Notes under the pieces: generated by a model
Databases searched by the model: none
Told to the model about the DNA's origin: nothing
What the model saw: only the letters and a program-made list of their open reading frames with translations
Shown here: piece by piece, positions 6,977 through 10,442 of the stretch
How positions within the stretch are numbered: position 1 is the stretch's first letter
Layout: each line of letters begins with the position of its first letter
NCBI GenBank assembly: GCA_003649205.1
Contig: QMRC01000021.1
Span: 1 to 10,442 of the forward strand
Reading direction: 5' to 3'
DNA from: Thermoprotei archaeon
GTDB taxonomy: Archaea > Thermoproteota > Thermoprotei > Thermoproteales > B15-G16
DNA: 10,442 nt
Program-made: the position numbers and the translations under genes

Positions 6977-7123
6977 ATGAAGGTTATTCGTATACGCATA
7001 GAGAACGACTTGTACGAGCTTCTAAGGTCTAGGATTCCAAAGGGTGAGCTGAGTGCAAGAATAAGGAAGCTGATCGAGAAGCATATTGATGAGCTGATTG
7101 AGAATCGTAAGTCCTACGGATAA
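6977..7123 (+). CDS. Minimal RHH protein (48 aa)
   Basis: MKVIRIRIENDLYELLRSRIPKGELSARIRKLIEKHI; start set to ATG 6977 after GGTAGGAG. Confidence 0.8.
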   Translation: MKVIRIRIENDLYELLRSRIPKGELSARIRKLIEKHIDELIENRKSYG

Positions 7124-7137
7124 TTGTATATATTTCT
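7111..7137 (+). promoter_or_regulatory. Putative late promoter 3
   Basis: GTCCTACGGA TAATT GTATATATTTCT; 58 bp before ATG 7169; overlaps the last codons of the RHH gene. Confidence 0.8.
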
Positions 7138-7168
7138 ACTTGTTGTTACTACAGTTAAGGGTGCTACT

Positions 7169-8512
7169 ATGCCGACTCTTTCTCAATTAATTGAAATTAG
7201 TGATTCGGCTGAGCCAATTCCATCATATGTAACAGAAGATGAAAAGTATCTGTATGCTGTACTTAACTTTGGTGGTAATCCGAATAATCAAGGTAGGATA
7301 GTAAAGATCGATTTGACACAGTCACCACCATCATTAACAGCACTATTGACACACAGTAGACTTGCAATGTGGCAACAGGTATACTTGAAGGAAAAGAACA
7401 AGCTATATGCGTTTGGTGAGCTAGATGATGAGAACGGTACTCAGAGAGCTGGTGTTGCAATAGCAGATCTTAGTAATGATACTGCACAAATAGTGTATCA
7501 TCCAAATACTGGTGACTGTAATGAGTTTATAGGAGTAGCATATGATGAGAAGACTAAGCAGTTCATTGTTGGCGAAAGAAAGGGTGGTGGTGTTACAACT
7601 GGTAGTAATTATCCAAATGGAGGTGGTTTATGGACTATTCCGCTAGAAGACATACTTAATCCAAGTGCTTGGAATAGAGTTCACGAGTTCTCACCATTAC
7701 CAAACGAGTCAGTGAATCCATCAGTGTTTAAGATAGCTATAGTTGGTGATCAAGTATTTGTGATACTAAAAGGGGATTCAATTGCGAGATTGGTCAAAGC
7801 AAGTATATCAGATCTGACAACGTGGGAAACAATTGAGGATCTAGACATTGCTACTGGTATCGAGAAGTGGGGTAAGAGAATAGCCTATGTAAGCAAAGAT
7901 CCTAACACAGGTAATGCTGTACTGAAGTATTCCGATGATGGAGGTGCAACTTGGAATACGATTGATCTTGGTGCATCTCCATCTACTTTGTCAGATTTGG
8001 CAATGCCTGTTATAATGCCGATACTATATGGTAAGTATGCTATTGTGGTTGCACAACACAGTCAAGGTGCTAAGGTTCTGCTAGTCGATATCGATGGAGG
8101 TAGTGTATCGCAGATAGACACGATGACAAATCCGTATTGTCCACACAATGTCGGTACTCAGAGAAATGACAAAGTGTTCATAGGTAATAGTGCTTCACAA
8201 TCACCTGGTTATATCTATCAGCTATCATTTGATACAAGGTATGTAATAGCTATTGCTCTAAGCAAAACTAATCCCGCTCCTGGTGAAACCATAACCATTA
8301 CGGCAACTTTGAAGGATGCAAATGGAAATCCTGTATCTGATGCTGAGATAGAGTTCTATGTTATAACAGCTAAGGTTGATGATAGACACTATGGTGATCT
8401 TATAGGTACTGCTAAAACAGATGCGAATGGAAATGCATCAGTACAGTATACAATACCTAGTACGCTAAAGCAAGGAGATGTGGTAGTATTCAGAGCGGTG
8501 TACAAAGGTTAA
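7169..8512 (+). CDS. Beta-propeller (BNR/Asp-box) protein with a C-terminal Ig-like (Big_1-type) domain; putative receptor-binding adhesin
   Basis: Asp-box YSDDGGATW (7928-7954); blade-like repeats (GRIVKIDL, GGLWTIPL, AKVLLVDI, GYIYQLSF); GETITITATLKDANGNPVSDAEIEF...AKTDANGNASVQYT. Start 7169 is supported by SD AGGGTG and promoter spacing. Confidence 0.85.
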   Translation: MPTLSQLIEISDSAEPIPSYVTEDEKYLYAVLNFGGNPNNQGRIVKIDLTQSPPSLTALLTHSRLAMWQQVYLKEKNKLYAFGELDDENGTQRAGVAIADLSNDTAQIVYHPNTGDCNEFIGVAYDEKTKQFIVGERKGGGVTTGSNYPNGGGLWTIPLEDILNPSAWNRVHEFSPLPNESVNPSVFKIAIVGDQVFVILKGDSIARLVKASISDLTTWETIEDLDIATGIEKWGKRIAYVSKDPNTGNAVLKYSDDGGATWNTIDLGASPSTLSDLAMPVIMPILYGKYAIVVAQHSQGAKVLLVDIDGGSVSQIDTMTNPYCPHNVGTQRNDKVFIGNSASQSPGYIYQLSFDTRYVIAIALSKTNPAPGETITITATLKDANGNPVSDAEIEFYVITAKVDDRHYGDLIGTAKTDANGNASVQYTIPSTLKQGDVVVFRAVYKG

Positions 8513-8523
8513 TGGGTGGTTAG

Positions 8524-8805
8524 ATGCCAACTTATAGCGATGCTGTAGCAAATGTCACTATATCGTATGGTTCACCATCATATGCTGATGCAGTAGCAAG
8601 TGTAACAGCTATAGTACTTGGTTCACCAACTTATAGCGATGACGTAGCAAGTGTAACAGTTGTAACAAGGTCACCATCATATGCTGATACAGTAGCAGTT
8701 GTTACACAGATACCAAAACCTAGGAAAATCGAGAAAAAGCCTTGGTGGATACTGATAGTTTTGGACATCCTCGTTAAACTAGGTCTTTCACGAATTAGAA
8801 AGTAA
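8524..8805 (+). CDS. Four-repeat peptide with a C-terminal membrane anchor
   Basis: Four P(T/S)Y(S/A)DxVAxVT repeats, a PKPRKIEKKP linker, WWILIVLDILVKLGL and a basic RIRK end; SD GGGTGGT. Confidence 0.8.
   Translation: MPTYSDAVANVTISYGSPSYADAVASVTAIVLGSPTYSDDVASVTVVTRSPSYADTVAVVTQIPKPRKIEKKPWWILIVLDILVKLGLSRIRK
8527..8709 (+). repeat. ABAB tandem repeat, 99-bp period
   Basis: CCAACTTATAGCGATG at 8527 and 8626; TCACCATCATATGCTGAT at 8572 and 8671. Confidence 0.9.
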
Positions 8806-8817
8806 CTCCAACACAAA

Positions 8818-8836
8818 TTATTTTTATATTCTTTTC
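8818..8836 (+). terminator. Oligo-T terminator
   Basis: TTATTTTTATATTCTTTT after the 8805 stop. Confidence 0.5.
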
Positions 8837-8841
8837 TCGTA

Positions 8842-8896
8842 AAACCCCCTAGCTAGTTTCGTTTCTCTAGGGCGTGAGTGCTTATATAGGGGTTTA
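8842..8896 (+). promoter_or_regulatory. Recombinase promoter bracketed by inverted AAACCCC(C)TA sites
   Basis: AAACCCCCTA 8842-8851, TATA box TTATATA 8882-8888, TAGGGGTTTA 8887-8896. Confidence 0.6.
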
Positions 8897-8913
8897 GACA
8901 CATATATTCTCGG

Positions 8914-10356
8914 ATGATACATATGTCCTACGCATGGTATCAAAACCTACATCCCAAGATCAAGGAGATTTTGGATAACCTACAGGTTAGAACTTCACAA
9001 CTCCTAAAGCAGTATGGTTCACTACAAAAAGCAGGAAGACCAATCTTTGAATCCGAGGAAGAAGTTGCAGTTGTCTACTATATTGCTAGAGAAATCGCTA
9101 GCTATGCTGAAGTAGCAGGATACCTAAACGTTACCAAGCAAAGTGTCTACAACTGGATCAAGTCTATTGAGAACAAAGGAAAGATAACGATATACGACTC
9201 CAAAACCGCTAAGACAATAATCATTGACTTCACACCTGAGAAAGCTAAGGAGATAATCAACAAGATCACAGCACCAAGTGGAAAGAAGCATGTTAAGGAC
9301 GCTCTTGAAGCTAAGTGCATCAAGGAGTTTGTTGAGAACCCAATCAAAAGGACTAGAAGGGCTCATGGTGTAAGTTATTACAGTCCTGCAAAGGTTAAGC
9401 AGATCATATCGAAAGTGCAAGATCTCATAGACTTCATCAAGGCTAAGAACTTAGATATTCCTAGCAATCCTGATATGTGGGATGAAGACTCGATACGTAG
9501 AGTCATAGAGATGTATTGTCAAGAGAAGTATGAGAATGATCTTCAGAAAGTGCCTAGGTGTATACGAAACATAAAGAAGACCCTTAGACACATACCAAGG
9601 TTTAGCAATTGGTTTAGTGGTGAAATAGGTGCTGAGATATCATTTGCTAGGTTCAAGGAGAATGTACTATTCTATGAGCACTATCTAAGGATAAAGAAGC
9701 TCATGAAAGAAGGTAAGATAGCTGAGGTAGAATGGTTGATTCCTGCATTGCATATTCTATTGGGTTGCAGAGAGGGATGGGGTACACTAACAGCTCAAGG
9801 AAAGAAGCTTAGTGATGTTAAGCTAGATGATGCTTCTAGTAGCCTCATAGGATTGAAATGGAGAGATGCTATCTTCGATGCTAACGGTAACATCATTGGT
9901 TTCCACATCTATGAGCACAAGACTGAGAAGGTATGGTCTCTACGATACAATTGGCTTGATCCAGAAATCCTTGAGAAGGTAACTGAGATATTCAAGAAGA
10001 TGAATCCAAAGCCTGAAGAGAGCGTGATCAAGACAATTCTTAGGTACTATGGAATCAAGATCGAGACCGTATCACAGTTTGCAAATTGGTATAAGAGAGT
10101 ATTGAAATGGATAAGCAAACAGCTCAACCTACCTTGGACATTAACGCCTCACGATATGAGACGTGCTCATTTATCGATAATGGCTGATCTCGAAATACCA
10201 TTGGAGATAGCCCTCAAGGATACAGGTTTTGGAGTGGGATGGGATGACATCAAAACAGCGGTAGACTTCTACCTAAGAATCAGCTCAAGAAGAATCAATA
10301 GAATCCTAGCAAGGGCTGAAGAGATCAAGAAGACCATCGAAGCTCAGCTATCATAA
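8914..10356 (+). CDS. int: Tyrosine recombinase/integrase with an N-terminal helix-turn-helix
   Basis: Catalytic set R286 (LGCREG), K336 (EHKT), H413-x-x-R416 (PHDMRR), W443 (GVGW), Y453. HTH: SYAEVAGYLNVTKQSVYNWIKS. Alternative start ATG 8923. Confidence 0.88.
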   Translation: MIHMSYAWYQNLHPKIKEILDNLQVRTSQLLKQYGSLQKAGRPIFESEEEVAVVYYIAREIASYAEVAGYLNVTKQSVYNWIKSIENKGKITIYDSKTAKTIIIDFTPEKAKEIINKITAPSGKKHVKDALEAKCIKEFVENPIKRTRRAHGVSYYSPAKVKQIISKVQDLIDFIKAKNLDIPSNPDMWDEDSIRRVIEMYCQEKYENDLQKVPRCIRNIKKTLRHIPRFSNWFSGEIGAEISFARFKENVLFYEHYLRIKKLMKEGKIAEVEWLIPALHILLGCREGWGTLTAQGKKLSDVKLDDASSSLIGLKWRDAIFDANGNIIGFHIYEHKTEKVWSLRYNWLDPEILEKVTEIFKKMNPKPEESVIKTILRYYGIKIETVSQFANWYKRVLKWISKQLNLPWTLTPHDMRRAHLSIMADLEIPLEIALKDTGFGVGWDDIKTAVDFYLRISSRRINRILARAEEIKKTIEAQLS

Positions 10357-10403
10357 CCATAAAATTTTTCTTCGGAACTCAACTCTTCTGAAATAAAACC
10401 TCT

Positions 10404-10442
10404 TATTATATATTTCCTTATAATATATATAGAGTACTTTCA
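10404..10442 (+). repeat. Right terminal direct repeat
   Basis: Identical to 1-39; begins 47 bp after the recombinase stop codon. Confidence 0.97.

Larger units (their letters stand above)
1..10442. mobile_element. Complete archaeal virus-like or integrative element (10,403-bp unit), probably a temperate enveloped virus
   Basis: Exact 39-bp terminal direct repeat; tyrosine recombinase at one end; many small RHH regulators; block of membrane, Ig-like and beta-propeller proteins; archaeal SD (GGTGA, GAGGTG) and TATA signals; no housekeeping genes. Confidence 0.8.

Noticed and set aside
7124-7168. TTG start giving a signal-peptide-like N-terminus to the propeller protein
   Set aside because: This stretch contains the TATA box and SD; the conserved 58-bp promoter spacing points to ATG 7169.
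8500-8530. Programmed frameshift or pseudogene split joining the adhesin and the anchor
   Set aside because: No X-XXY-YYZ slippery site before the TAA, the downstream ORF has its own SD and ATG, and four strand copies fit a trans scaffold better. Not fully excluded without reads.
8527-8709. DGR template/variable repeat pair
   Set aside because: No reverse transcriptase; the copies are tandem and in frame, and the differences are not adenine-specific.
1089-9420. Other antisense ORFs (1089, 2937, 3622, 4933, 4980, 5360, 6052, 6555, 7263, 8631, 9124, 9147) and the nested plus-strand ORF at 6217
   Set aside because: They overlap better-supported genes or promoters and lack translation signals.

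Overview
The window looks like one complete ~10.4-kb archaeal mobile element, most likely a small temperate, membrane-associated virus of a (hyper)thermophilic archaeon (probably Thermoproteota; inferred from GGTGA-type SD sites, TATA boxes, AGA/AGG Arg codons and E/K/I/V-rich proteins). An exact 39-bp direct repeat marks both ends (1-39 = 10404-10442), so it is either a 10,403-bp circle or an att-bounded provirus. Layout: a structured, G-tract-rich non-coding region (40-686); ~12 small early or regulatory genes, five of them RHH-like (a sixth RHH gene lies at 6977); three putative virion operons, each preceded by the same GTCCTACG(C/G)A-N5-TATA promoter 58-59 bp before the ATG; and a 480-aa HTH-tyrosine recombinase. 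No Rep, primase, helicase, polymerase, packaging ATPase or known capsid protein was recognised. Main candidates for novelty: (1) an HMG-box-like protein heading the structural module; (2) a beta-propeller/Ig adhesin whose Ig domain seems to lack its last strand, followed by a membrane-anchored peptide with four copies of such a strand (possible donor-strand complementation); (3) a genome-wide GTCCTAC regulon; (4) a recombinase whose promoter shares a motif with the putative origin/att region. All protein calls are by eye; no searches were run.
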